Source: Candidatus Kerfeldbacteria bacterium (GTDB lineage Bacteria; Patescibacteriota; Patescibacteriia; SBBC01; CAIJZX01). From it: DNA of 64,000 nt. Under the pieces are notes generated by a model. The model was not told the origin of the DNA, did no database searches, and was given only the letters and a program-made list of their open reading frames with translations. Location: NCBI GenBank assembly GCA_963731735.1, contig CAVSWO010000002.1, positions 564,257 through 628,256 of the forward strand, read 5' to 3'. This document shows positions 16,301 through 24,885 of this stretch, piece by piece (position 1 is the stretch's first letter; every line of letters starts with the position of its first letter). Made by a program: the position numbers and the translations under genes.

Positions 16301-19009
16301 GAGTGCCGTACTCTGATCCCAGGTTCGCTCAGTTTTGCCTGGGGGACGACGGATCAAAGTGTCGCTACCCTGACCCCAAACGATGCGCAAACTATCTTAG
16401 CGCATAGCCCAGCCACACCGGTTGCTGGTTCAAGTAACGTCAATGTCAAGGTTGACCAACTGACTTCGGCGAACGTCCAAATTAATTACGATCCGGTTTC
16501 CTGTCAAACAGACAGCGACTGTGCTTCCAATACATATGGTGCGTGCAGTGGCTCGACCTGTGAAAATAATCGTTGTACGCCGGTCGTGACGGAGCTGACG
16601 CCAACGACGGCGCCGATTGGTGACCTGATGACCATCAAAGGTTGCTGGTTTGGCGACTATGATGACACCATCAGCCAGGTAACCTTCCTCGGACAATCGG
16701 GAACGACCGATGATCAATCCGGAATAATCCCAGACTCGGCAATCTGCGGTCCGGCTTCGAACACCTGGACCAATGAAAGAATAGTTCGGGAAATTCCGAA
16801 CCGCACCACCCCGGATCCAAGCGATGATGCTGTGACGGGACCGGTTGAAGTCACACGCTTTGATAACAAACTTGCCCAAAGTCCGTCGGACTATGTGCCA
16901 ACCAATGACAATTTATCGCCAGGGATTTGCGCGGTCAATCCATCGTCAGGTCTGACGGGAACCGCGGTAACGGTCAAGGGTTTCCGTTTCGGGGCTGACG
17001 AAAGCAATAAGCGGCCAACGAACGACCAAGTCAATATCACCCGCATTGGTGGAAACACCGCGGTTATGTCGGTCTATGGTAACTGGTCAGATACCAGCAT
17101 CGGGACACAGATCCCTCCGTCAGCGGCAGTTGGTGCAAGCAATGTGAAGGTCAAGAATGACGACGTTGACTCTTCTAATGATTGGCCATTTACCGTGACC
17201 GATACGGGCGCGACCACCTGTGCGCAGTATTGTAGTAACGATAACCAATGTGGTGCTGGCCAGGGATGTGGAACAGATTTCTGCTGCAGCGCTCGGCCGA
17301 AAGTCACCGGAACCTCGCCGTCAGCCAATGCCACCAATGTCTGCCGTAACAGTCAACTTGATCTGACGTTTGACCAGCCGCTAGCCGTGCAATCGGGCGC
17401 AGTCGTTTACAGCGATGGGGGAACACCGGTTTCAGGTTCGACCCATCTCCAAAATAGTTCAACCACCGGCACCCTGAGCTATCAACCGGGTTTGTTACAG
17501 CCAGACTCTTCGCAACTCATCACGCTCAATCCGAATGCGATTCGCAGCTTGAAGGGCGTCACGGCCAGCAATACGTTTCCGACCGATTGTACCCTGGTGG
17601 CTCGGCCTCGGACACAGCCGAATCAAATATTGTGTTACCAAACCGGAAAAGATATTTGTCAGATTGATCAAATTCGGGTCCGGACTGAGGATGGATTGAA
17701 TACCCACCGCTTCACCAGTGTCGATGAAGTCATGCAGTATCGGGCCGAAGCCCTTTCGAATCGTGATGGCGGAACCGTAATCGTGCCGGTGCCGGGCACC
17801 TACGCCTGGACGTGGTCGTGGCAAAGCGCAAACTCGACGATCGCCACCGTCGGCTTGACCAGCGGCGCTAGCGCCAATCCGAGTACGAGTGACGTTACGG
17901 CCAAGAGTAACGGACGGACCTTAGCTCAGGCTACCGCTACAATTACCGAAGACACCCAAGGGAATTCTACCGGGACGCAAAAAAACGGTTCGGGCGAAGC
18001 GATTGTGGATGTGTGTGATAACCCCTGGAGTTTTACTGACGCGAATGATAATTGTGATTCGGGAGGGACTTGCAACGACTTTCACTTCACGCTGAGTTAC
18101 TGCCAAGGACAAGATTCTGCCGACCTCCTGCCATATTTCTCTTATACTGGTTCGAATGCCCAATTGGGAGCGATTGAAGGACAAAATTCGGCCGATACAT
18201 CGCGACTGAAGAGCATCTTCTTCAAAGAAACCGCCAGTAGTAAAGACGTGATTGGCATGCTCATATTCGACAACCCCGACCTATTATCTCCGTATGATTG
18301 GTTCAAGCAGCGCTTCCCGCTCGATACCGGCGGTTCGAGTTCAATCATTGCCGGCTATCCGGCCTTCCGAACTGGTACGACCACCTACATTGGGATTACC
18401 GATTTGTCGGGTGGAACGCTCACCGGCCGGATGGTTGTCTTGGATTACAACTCGAATAACGCCTCGACCGAGACCCAAAATATTTATAATCAAATCGTGA
18501 CCAAGGCCGAATTCAATACCAATGTCACGGACATTACCGAGAAACAACAAATCTTGAACGACACCAAGCGGGTGCAGGACCTGGCTTCCCTGAAAACCAA
18601 ACTCGCCGCCTACAAGACGGCTCACGGCAGTTATCCAAGCTTGCAAGCCGGTACCTACATCATCGGACTGAGTGCTTCAACCTGGCCGTCCTGGCAGCAA
18701 ACGCTTGGCAACGAACTTGGGCAATCAGCCCCAACTGATCCGACCAATACGTTTGCGCCGGATTGCAAACAAAATGTTGGCGGGAGTTATGAGAATCAAA
18801 CCTGTTGGTCCGAGTCGCTCAAACAATTCCAATGCCCGGCCGACTCCTATGTCTATCTCTATCGATCCAGCGGAGATAGTTACACCCTGTCCGCGCGGAT
18901 GGAGTACCAGGGAACCGGGAATTTCCAACAAAACGCCGGCTTGTCGGACAGTTGCAGCGGCGTTGCCGGGGCCCAGTGTTCCTGCTTTAATTACCGGGTA
19001 ACACCTTAA
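13337..19009 (+). CDS. Giant surface protein: N-terminal VirB2/TrbC-like pilin, Ig-like (SbsA/Big_5) and IPT/TIG repeats, Cys-rich modules, C-terminal GspG/type IV pilin-like domain
   Basis: INIIRWLLGFV...YGGYLWMTAAGNEQRVEKAKQVILQAVIGL; repeated P...NV.....F...WTFTT; G..FG...W.D..I TIG motifs; DTKRVQDLASL...YKTAHGSYP...PTDP. Confidence 0.85.
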   Translation: MIRGFRQSRLRYLLPAVFIGGACAWALVAWHPVQAQTASTFSIESVGQQVGLGNADLRQVAINIIRWLLGFVTLIAVAYLVYGGYLWMTAAGNEQRVEKAKQVILQAVIGLVIIILAWAIVLFVARTVAETTNTNNTNGGGGGGCIGFECLSTPKTFDLTGVTTCSARPDYAKNVPRASAVSLTFNHDIDIATVQAAVTDAVAANPNLVIEKCDAGDCANRTTLVKPLQNQVYSGTTPKGAAGTPLSEWVTHDNTVTFYHTSFSTDENNSDNLYFEPNTTYQLTVPAKDAPTALKDTTSPGRSLQKCQANSARQPIEGDGFLGENCREVGDTIVWTFTTGSDIDGPELTPRSTTPTSGYLTGNGVPDRNVSRTGIIGIDFNNAIDPASITTDNFIVTKYTTAPDATNGTGGTLDATALPASDFVIRVNGSGTGGWLQLKAGNLFDPFTWYQVRVKDVRNLCGTAQNPNPYEWVFETNDTVPGVKLVYPKNDAKNICPSTEVFIKFSTSMWRIDSGSTTCQPASGGSYVTNGTLAPNPGRGFVVEDELDPNNPNNSCTKYAFTPTETLLTPDKPHTASVTTSLVINQDGNTLNRNWTFTTSKADQCIQEPYIDRVEANTGTNGQCVSVIGNYFEKQPPGGTRETDGQGSDKLFLSTVDQKNAKSWKQNVIVSTVNDGTPDSPALVPGPQPYKVVLDYGGTIGQLESNTVDFNLQAGGGTLGVCLVGVTPDQGPAGTNTTLSGEGFGGFGANSAVTFSGGPNWGVAAGNWSDGRISPAQVPTTTPDGSGLVRVQTNGGALSNPVPFTVTVPNTGGGGGDTVPRVEESAQCNIAQNEIPSPNPKRNDNQACLNTQVSARFTLDMDQNSLNSTNIFLQKCDPVCTTAVASSVVATGLRGFTLTPDANLEPSTRYQVTVTTGVQSNASPAVPMAGPYTWQFTTKADGANCAPAGVTVSSNSAFGNAIQSSATRYTYSDPVPYGVNLTANVVDAECRTLIPGSLSFAWGTTDQSVATLTPNDAQTILAHSPATPVAGSSNVNVKVDQLTSANVQINYDPVSCQTDSDCASNTYGACSGSTCENNRCTPVVTELTPTTAPIGDLMTIKGCWFGDYDDTISQVTFLGQSGTTDDQSGIIPDSAICGPASNTWTNERIVREIPNRTTPDPSDDAVTGPVEVTRFDNKLAQSPSDYVPTNDNLSPGICAVNPSSGLTGTAVTVKGFRFGADESNKRPTNDQVNITRIGGNTAVMSVYGNWSDTSIGTQIPPSAAVGASNVKVKNDDVDSSNDWPFTVTDTGATTCAQYCSNDNQCGAGQGCGTDFCCSARPKVTGTSPSANATNVCRNSQLDLTFDQPLAVQSGAVVYSDGGTPVSGSTHLQNSSTTGTLSYQPGLLQPDSSQLITLNPNAIRSLKGVTASNTFPTDCTLVARPRTQPNQILCYQTGKDICQIDQIRVRTEDGLNTHRFTSVDEVMQYRAEALSNRDGGTVIVPVPGTYAWTWSWQSANSTIATVGLTSGASANPSTSDVTAKSNGRTLAQATATITEDTQGNSTGTQKNGSGEAIVDVCDNPWSFTDANDNCDSGGTCNDFHFTLSYCQGQDSADLLPYFSYTGSNAQLGAIEGQNSADTSRLKSIFFKETASSKDVIGMLIFDNPDLLSPYDWFKQRFPLDTGGSSSIIAGYPAFRTGTTTYIGITDLSGGTLTGRMVVLDYNSNNASTETQNIYNQIVTKAEFNTNVTDITEKQQILNDTKRVQDLASLKTKLAAYKTAHGSYPSLQAGTYIIGLSASTWPSWQQTLGNELGQSAPTDPTNTFAPDCKQNVGGSYENQTCWSESLKQFQCPADSYVYLYRSSGDSYTLSARMEYQGTGNFQQNAGLSDSCSGVAGAQCSCFNYRVTP

Positions 19010-19013
19010 AACG

Positions 19014-19514
19014 ATGGTCGAACAACCACTCCCAAACCAACCCTTACCCGATCCAGTCAACCCTTCCTGGTTGGCTCGATGGTGGAAAATTGGTATACTC
19101 ATCGTGCTTGCTTTCGGTCTGATTATCGTCGGTATCTGGATGCTTCGATCGAACACCAATGGTATGAATCAGCCGACGACCAACGGATCTGCGAATACCA
19201 ATACCGCAACCCGCTCAACCTTTGAGCGTTTCCCAACCGATACTCGTCAAGACACGGATGCGGACGGCCTGACCGACCAAGAGGAAGCCAAGTACGGCAC
19301 CAATCCAGAGTTGGCCGATTCGGACGGGGACGGATTGACTGATCGGGAAGAGATCCAGGTCTATCAAACGGATCCGCTCAAAGCCGATACCGATGGTGAT
19401 GGACGAACCGACAGCCAAGAAGTTCAGGCCGGAACAAATCCAAACGGCGACGGCCAATTACGGGACCTCCCGAGCGCCATTCAACAACTTCAATCATCGT
19501 CAACCAACAACTAA
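19014..19514 (+). CDS. Membrane-anchored protein with bacterial TSP3-like Ca-binding repeats
   Basis: TM then DTDADGLTDQEE..GTNP..ADSDGDGLTDREE..TDP..ADTDGDG. Confidence 0.85.
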   Translation: MVEQPLPNQPLPDPVNPSWLARWWKIGILIVLAFGLIIVGIWMLRSNTNGMNQPTTNGSANTNTATRSTFERFPTDTRQDTDADGLTDQEEAKYGTNPELADSDGDGLTDREEIQVYQTDPLKADTDGDGRTDSQEVQAGTNPNGDGQLRDLPSAIQQLQSSSTNN

Positions 19515-19523
19515 TTAACGCGT

Positions 19524-20672
19524 ATGTTCGAAAACCAACAGCCAAACTCACCAACACCAGGTACTCCGCCACCGAATATTCCGACGCCGCCGGCCACGCC
19601 GCCGCCCGCAACTCCACCCGCCATGCCACCCAGTCCTTCGACCGGGTCGACCAGTCCGGCGTCAACGCCGCCTCCGGCCGGTGATCCGTCGCCGAAAATT
19701 TATACCATGCCGGAAAAATTTCGGGCCAATAATAACGGCAAGTCACCGTCAGGCGGCGGTACCAAGCGCCTGGTAATCATTTTAGTGGTGGTCTTGGTGG
19801 TTGCTGGGTTAGGAATTGCCGGACTGTATGTCTTCCAGAATGTTTTGAATAAACCGGCCAACGACAACCTGAATGTCAATCTCAATCGGAATACGAACCT
19901 CAACACTAATACGGCCAATCTAAATACCGCGAATACCAACACGGCCAACTTGAACGCGAACACCAACGCTAACCTGAATGAGAACGCCAACACGAACGCG
20001 AACACCAACGGCAACGGCAATGACAATGCCAATAGCAATGCCAATCAGAATACCAATACGACAGTTTCAACTACCCCGCTTCCGTCTTCAGCCGATGCGG
20101 ATGATGACGGGTTGACTGATACGGAAGAACTGGCCTACGGCACTGACGCCAAGAAGCCGGATACGGACGGGGACGGATTTATTGATGGGAAAAAAGTCCA
20201 AACAGACGGATCCATAATCGGCGAAATCTACCTTGGCTTTAATCCCACCGGCACCGGAAAATTGGAAGATTCGACGATCGTCAAGCGCCAGGCTAATTCC
20301 TCAAATACTTACAGCCTATTAATTCCTTCAACCTGGACAGCGGTTCTCGACCAAGGCGGCGGCGTGTTGGTCACCCCATCACAATCAACCGGAGAAACCT
20401 TCCAGGTTCGTGTTAGCGCCAACCCAACAAATTTGACACCCCAGGCCTGGTACCAGCAAACGATTAACGCCAGCGCGAACACGAGCAGTCTGAAAACGGA
20501 AGCGCTGAATGGATTTGAAATCCTTTACAGCGAAAATATGGCCACCGCCTATCTATTTCAGGGCACCAGCGTCTACAGTATCGCCTACGACACCGGATCA
20601 CTCACGCAGGCCAATTACTGGACCACCTTCGATATGATGGTTCGCAGTTTTAAACTCGTTGCCAGCAGCTAG
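19524..20672 (+). CDS. Membrane protein: Pro-rich cytoplasmic N-terminus, TM, Asn-rich linker, TSP3-like repeats, PsbP-like C-domain
   Basis: IYTMPEKF motif before TM; NTNAN repeats; DADDDGLTDTEE, DTDGDGFIDG. Confidence 0.8.
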   Translation: MFENQQPNSPTPGTPPPNIPTPPATPPPATPPAMPPSPSTGSTSPASTPPPAGDPSPKIYTMPEKFRANNNGKSPSGGGTKRLVIILVVVLVVAGLGIAGLYVFQNVLNKPANDNLNVNLNRNTNLNTNTANLNTANTNTANLNANTNANLNENANTNANTNGNGNDNANSNANQNTNTTVSTTPLPSSADADDDGLTDTEELAYGTDAKKPDTDGDGFIDGKKVQTDGSIIGEIYLGFNPTGTGKLEDSTIVKRQANSSNTYSLLIPSTWTAVLDQGGGVLVTPSQSTGETFQVRVSANPTNLTPQAWYQQTINASANTSSLKTEALNGFEILYSENMATAYLFQGTSVYSIAYDTGSLTQANYWTTFDMMVRSFKLVASS

Positions 20673-21108
20673 ATCCCGCTCCCGTTCCCGCCGAATTACG
20701 ATTCGGCGGGCCGTACCCCCGCGAATCGCTGACCGGACGATTCGGGATTGGGCCATACGCTGGGCCCGCCAAGTCCGGCTGGCTGGTCCGGGCCTGTCGA
20801 TCGTTATTCTCGGCCCGGCGGCTATGCGCCGATTGAACCGAACCTGGCGCGGACGAGATCGAGCAACCAACGTTCTGTCCTTTTTGTATGCCAAGCAGTC
20901 GGCCGTGCCGGACGGGGTAGCCGGTGAGATATTTCTGTGTCCGAGCGTGATTCAACGCGAAGCTCAGGACTTTGACCGGACCTACCGCCAGCATTTTATG
21001 GCCCTGCTCCGCCACGGAATTCTGCATTTGACCGGCCGGGATCACCGGACAGCCGCTCAGCAGCAAAACTGGAATCGCATCGAACGACGTTTGACCTCAT
21101 TTACATGA
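20659..21108 (+). CDS. ybeY: rRNA maturation endoribonuclease YbeY
   Basis: LNRTWRGRDRATNVLSF, GEIFLC, HGILHLTGRDH; start uncertain; adjacent to dgkA. Confidence 0.85.
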   Translation: MPAARSRSRSRRITIRRAVPPRIADRTIRDWAIRWARQVRLAGPGLSIVILGPAAMRRLNRTWRGRDRATNVLSFLYAKQSAVPDGVAGEIFLCPSVIQREAQDFDRTYRQHFMALLRHGILHLTGRDHRTAAQQQNWNRIERRLTSFT

Positions 21109-21476
21109 GCACCCTCAAGAAATTTTTCAAAAGTTTCCGCCACGCTTGGCACGGGGTACTTCGCGCCCTGGCCATGGAGAACAGTTTTCGAATTCACGTG
21201 GCTGTCGCGATTGTGGTGCTGCTGCTGATTGTGGCATTGGGTTTGAGTCGCGTTGAGTTGGCGATTATGATTTTCCTGATCAGCTCTATTTTAACGCTGG
21301 AACTGGTCAACACGGTGGTTGAACGGTTCGTTGACCTGTTGGAACCGCGGGTTCACCCTTATGCCGGCATGATTAAGGATATATTAGCGGCGGCGGTGCT
21401 GATTACCTCGCTGGCGGCGGCGGCTATTGGAATTTTGATTCTGTGGCCGTATTTACGAGATTTCTTTCAGGTCTGA
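21105..21476 (+). CDS. dgkA: Diacylglycerol/undecaprenol kinase family protein
   Basis: SFRHAWHG, ENSFRIH, LELVNTVVERFVDL, IKDILAAAVL. Confidence 0.9.
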   Translation: MSTLKKFFKSFRHAWHGVLRALAMENSFRIHVAVAIVVLLLIVALGLSRVELAIMIFLISSILTLELVNTVVERFVDLLEPRVHPYAGMIKDILAAAVLITSLAAAAIGILILWPYLRDFFQV

Positions 21477-21498
21477 ACACAAAAAGTATTCAGGGCTG

Positions 21499-21507
21499 TT
21501 ATCCACA
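21499..21507 (+). promoter_or_regulatory. Perfect DnaA box upstream of ftsA
   Basis: TTATCCACA, shortly upstream of a TATACT -10 element (21535-21540). Confidence 0.5.
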
Positions 21508-21577
21508 GCCCTCGCATTTTTAGCCAAAATTATGTATACTCACCGTACTATGGAGTTCATGCAAAGGGCAGTTTCGT

Positions 21578-22828
21578 ATGGCGCGAACTGACCTGTTTAC
21601 CGGGCTTGATATTGGATCTTCGGCGATACGGGTAGTAGTGGCGCAATCCCAACCCGGTCAGGAGGGTCTGCACATTCTGGGAGCGGCTGAAGGGCCGGCT
21701 GAAGGAATTGGCAAAGGGACGATCACCAGCATCGAGGATGCGGTGTCTTCGATATCCTCAACCCTGGAAAAAGTCGAGCGGATGACCGGCGTGCCAGTTG
21801 AGCATGCCACGGTCTCGATCAACGGTCCACATGTTGTTTCACAAGAGAGTCACGGAATCGTCGCGGTGGCCAAAGCCGATGGGGAGATTAAGCAGAATGA
21901 CGTGGATCGGGTGATTGAGGCGGCCCAAGCGGTGGCCACCCCACCGAACTATGAAATTTTGCATGTGGTGCCACGAGTCTACACGGTCGATAATCAGCAC
22001 GGCGTCAAAGATCCGGTTGGCATGTCCGGTATGCGGCTGGAAGTTGATACCCAGATAATTCAGGGCCTGACCGCGCAAATTAAAAACCTGCAAAAGGCGG
22101 TTTTTCGGACCGGGGTCAATATTGATGACCTGGTGTTGTCTGTCCTGGCTTCATCCCTGGCCTGTACCTCCAAACGACAAAAGGAACTCGGGGTCGCGGT
22201 TTTGAACCTCGGTTCGACCACGGCCAGCCTGATGGTGTTTGAGGAAGGGGAGGTCATGCATACCAAGATTATTCCGGTCGGGGCCGGCCATATTACGAAT
22301 GATATCGCTATCGGGCTGCGGATCGGGATTGACTTAGCTGAAAAGGTGAAGCTTGAATTTGGATCGGCTTGGCCAGATGATGTACAAAAGCGCGAGGAAT
22401 TTAATCTCCAGGAAGTCGGCGGGGATGAGATGGTGGTGTCACGCCGCCATGTAGCCGAAATTATCGAGGCTCGAGTTGAAGAAATTTTCAAAATGGTTGA
22501 TCGCGAACTTCAGCATATTGATCGTTCAGGGTTATTGCCGGCTGGCGTGGTGGTGACCGGCGGGGGAGCCAAGCTGCCGGGACTGGTTGAAGTCGGGAAA
22601 CGGGAATTTCGGTTACCGGTCTCCGTTGGTTTTCCAGACGGGTATACCAGCGCGATAGATAAAGTCCAAGACCCGGCATTCACGACAGCCCTAGGCTTGG
22701 CGTCATGGAACGCTCAATCAGTCGGCCAAGGTTCAGGCGGCATGTTGGGACGCATTCCGGTCCGCCTGGGAGCGGTCAATGATACTGTCGACCGGATGCG
22801 AAAATGGTTTAAGGGATTCTTGCCATAA
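21578..22828 (+). CDS. ftsA: Cell division protein FtsA
   Basis: GLDIGSS, DPVGMSGMRLEV, GAGHITNDIA, VVTGGGAKLPG. Confidence 0.97.
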   Translation: MARTDLFTGLDIGSSAIRVVVAQSQPGQEGLHILGAAEGPAEGIGKGTITSIEDAVSSISSTLEKVERMTGVPVEHATVSINGPHVVSQESHGIVAVAKADGEIKQNDVDRVIEAAQAVATPPNYEILHVVPRVYTVDNQHGVKDPVGMSGMRLEVDTQIIQGLTAQIKNLQKAVFRTGVNIDDLVLSVLASSLACTSKRQKELGVAVLNLGSTTASLMVFEEGEVMHTKIIPVGAGHITNDIAIGLRIGIDLAEKVKLEFGSAWPDDVQKREEFNLQEVGGDEMVVSRRHVAEIIEARVEEIFKMVDRELQHIDRSGLLPAGVVVTGGGAKLPGLVEVGKREFRLPVSVGFPDGYTSAIDKVQDPAFTTALGLASWNAQSVGQGSGGMLGRIPVRLGAVNDTVDRMRKWFKGFLP

Positions 22829-22895
22829 TCATCAGTGAACACTTTGGGTGTTCAGGCGTTGCCTGCCCCACAGCTATTTGGTAGACTATACGCAC

Positions 22896-24089
22896 ATGCC
22901 ACGCAATCGATTGGAAGTCAAACCCGAGATTGAAACCTTCGCCAAAATCAAAGTAATTGGTGTGGGTGGTTCAGGCGGTTCAGCCGTCAACCGGATGATG
23001 CAGCAGCGGATTCGGGGCATTGAGTTTGTGGCGATTAACACCGACGCCCAGGCTCTCCATCACAACTCGGCACCGGCCAAGATTCACATCGGTAAAACAA
23101 CCACCCGGGGACTCGGCGCGGGCATGGATCCGGAACTGGGTCGACGGGCAGCCGAAGAAGACCAGGAAGAAATCCATGAACTGATCAAGGGAACTGACAT
23201 GGTATTCGTGACCGGTGGCTTGGGTGGCGGAACTGGAACCGGCGCGATGCCCCTAATTGCCGAAATGGCTCGAGACGTCGGCGCTTTGACCGTAGCCGTG
23301 GTCACCAAACCATTCAGTTTCGAAGGCGCGCAGCGCAAACAGATTGCCGAAGAAGGACACCACGATTTAATCGACAAGGTTGATACGATCATCACCATCC
23401 CGAATGATCGGTTGTTACAGATCATCGACAAAAAGACCTCCTTACTGGAATCATTCCAAGTGGTTGACGATATTCTTCGCCAAGGGATTCAAGGTATTGC
23501 TGAATTGATTACCGTCCCGGGCCTGATTAACGTCGACTTCGCTGATGTTAAGGCCATCATGAAAGATCAGGGGACTGCCTTGATGGGAATCGGGAAAGCG
23601 ACCGGCGACAACCGGGCGGTTGACGCGGCTAAAGCGGCAATTGATTCACCGCTACTCGAAATGCCGATTGACGGCGCTCGGGGCATACTGTTTACGATAA
23701 CCGGCGGCAACAGTCTGAGCATGTACGAGGTCAACGAAGCGGCGCGGGTGATTACCCAATCGGCCGATCCGAACGCCAAGATTATCTTTGGAGCCGTGAT
23801 TGATGAGAACTTGAAGGATGATGTCAAAATTACCGTGATCGCAACCGGCTTCGGGAAAGGTAACCGACCAACCAAGAAAGCTTCGAGCGTCAGCACCCCC
23901 AGCCCGTTTGAATCACGCCCAATGCCGGAAAAACCAGCGCCGATCCCAGCCAGCAGCATGCCAGCGCCAGCCGCTCCGAAGCCAGTCGCAACCCCGCCAC
24001 CGGCCCGCCCCACTCCGAAGCCAGCAGAACCGCAGGAATCAGATGATGATTTAGAAGTGCCAGCCTTCATTCGTAAGAAAATGATGTAA
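22896..24089 (+). CDS. ftsZ: Cell division protein FtsZ
   Basis: IKVIGVGG, GLGGGTGTG, NVDFADV, C-terminal DLEVPAFIRKK. Confidence 0.98.
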   Translation: MPRNRLEVKPEIETFAKIKVIGVGGSGGSAVNRMMQQRIRGIEFVAINTDAQALHHNSAPAKIHIGKTTTRGLGAGMDPELGRRAAEEDQEEIHELIKGTDMVFVTGGLGGGTGTGAMPLIAEMARDVGALTVAVVTKPFSFEGAQRKQIAEEGHHDLIDKVDTIITIPNDRLLQIIDKKTSLLESFQVVDDILRQGIQGIAELITVPGLINVDFADVKAIMKDQGTALMGIGKATGDNRAVDAAKAAIDSPLLEMPIDGARGILFTITGGNSLSMYEVNEAARVITQSADPNAKIIFGAVIDENLKDDVKITVIATGFGKGNRPTKKASSVSTPSPFESRPMPEKPAPIPASSMPAPAAPKPVATPPPARPTPKPAEPQESDDDLEVPAFIRKKMM

Positions 24090-24177
24090 CCGGAGGCGAT
24101 CAGCCGGCTTTTTCCACAGGCTATCCGCGCGAAACGAAACTGGTCTCAAAAAAGCCCAGTTTTTTGATAGTTGCTGC

Positions 24178-24226
24178 ACCCTAGATGTAGTGGTAGAATA
24201 GCCCTACCGCCTACTAGATGTAGTGG
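24178..24226. promoter_or_regulatory. Tandem NrdR boxes
   Basis: ACCCTAGATGTAGTGG (24178-24193) and CTACTAGATGTAGTGG (24211-24226), 33 bp apart, fitting acaCwAtATaTwGtg, upstream of nrdR-nrdJ. Confidence 0.85.
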
Positions 24227-24361
24227 TACAGCTACCGGCGGCAAAAACAAACGTCTAAGAACATTGAAAAAAGCCAGTTGTCTGCCCCATGGACGTCTTC
24301 GTCTTCATGGGACGTCTTATTTCCGCCAACGGCAGGCTGTGGCTTGCCGGGATTTGCTTCT

Positions 24362-24859
24362 ATGAAATGCCCCTCCTGCCATCACGCTGATACCAGCGTT
24401 CTTGATTCCCGCGTAACTGATGAGGGGATGGCTGTCCGTCGACGCCGCGTCTGCGATCATTGCGGATTTCGCTTCTCCAGCGTGGAAGAGGTTGAAATTC
24501 TCAACCTGACCATCGTCAAGCGCGATGGTCGCCGCGAACCCTATCAGCGGGAAAAACTCGAAACCGGACTCCATAAGTCTTTGGAGAAACGCCCAATCAC
24601 CGCCCAAGCACTCAAAAAGCTACTGGGTCAGATTGAACGCGATATTCAAATTCGGAACCGGTCGGAAATAACTTCACAGCAGCTGGGTGAGATCGTAATG
24701 AAGCGATTGCAGAGAATCGACCAGATTGCCTATATTCGCTTTGCTTCCGTCTACCGTCAATTTCAGGACGTGGCCTCTTTCCGCTGGGAGCTCAACCGGC
24801 TGGCCGCCAAGCCACGATCACGACCAGCTCGAAAAAAGCCCAAACGCGCCACCAAGTAA
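24362..24859 (+). CDS. nrdR: Transcriptional repressor NrdR
   Basis: MKCPSC...VLDSR...RRRRVCDHCGFRF; ATP cone; AYIRFASVYRQF. Confidence 0.97.
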   Translation: MKCPSCHHADTSVLDSRVTDEGMAVRRRRVCDHCGFRFSSVEEVEILNLTIVKRDGRREPYQREKLETGLHKSLEKRPITAQALKKLLGQIERDIQIRNRSEITSQQLGEIVMKRLQRIDQIAYIRFASVYRQFQDVASFRWELNRLAAKPRSRPARKKPKRATK

Positions 24860-24885
24860 TTTCTATCCACTAACCCTTTTGCGCC

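Noticed and set aside
22864-22872. DnaA box in the ftsZ promoter (TGCCCCACA)
   Set aside because: Three mismatches to TTATCCACA; too weak
24181-24228. 15-bp direct repeat as a mini-CRISPR or iteron
   Set aside because: Only two copies, matching NrdR boxes upstream of nrdR; no cas or rep genes
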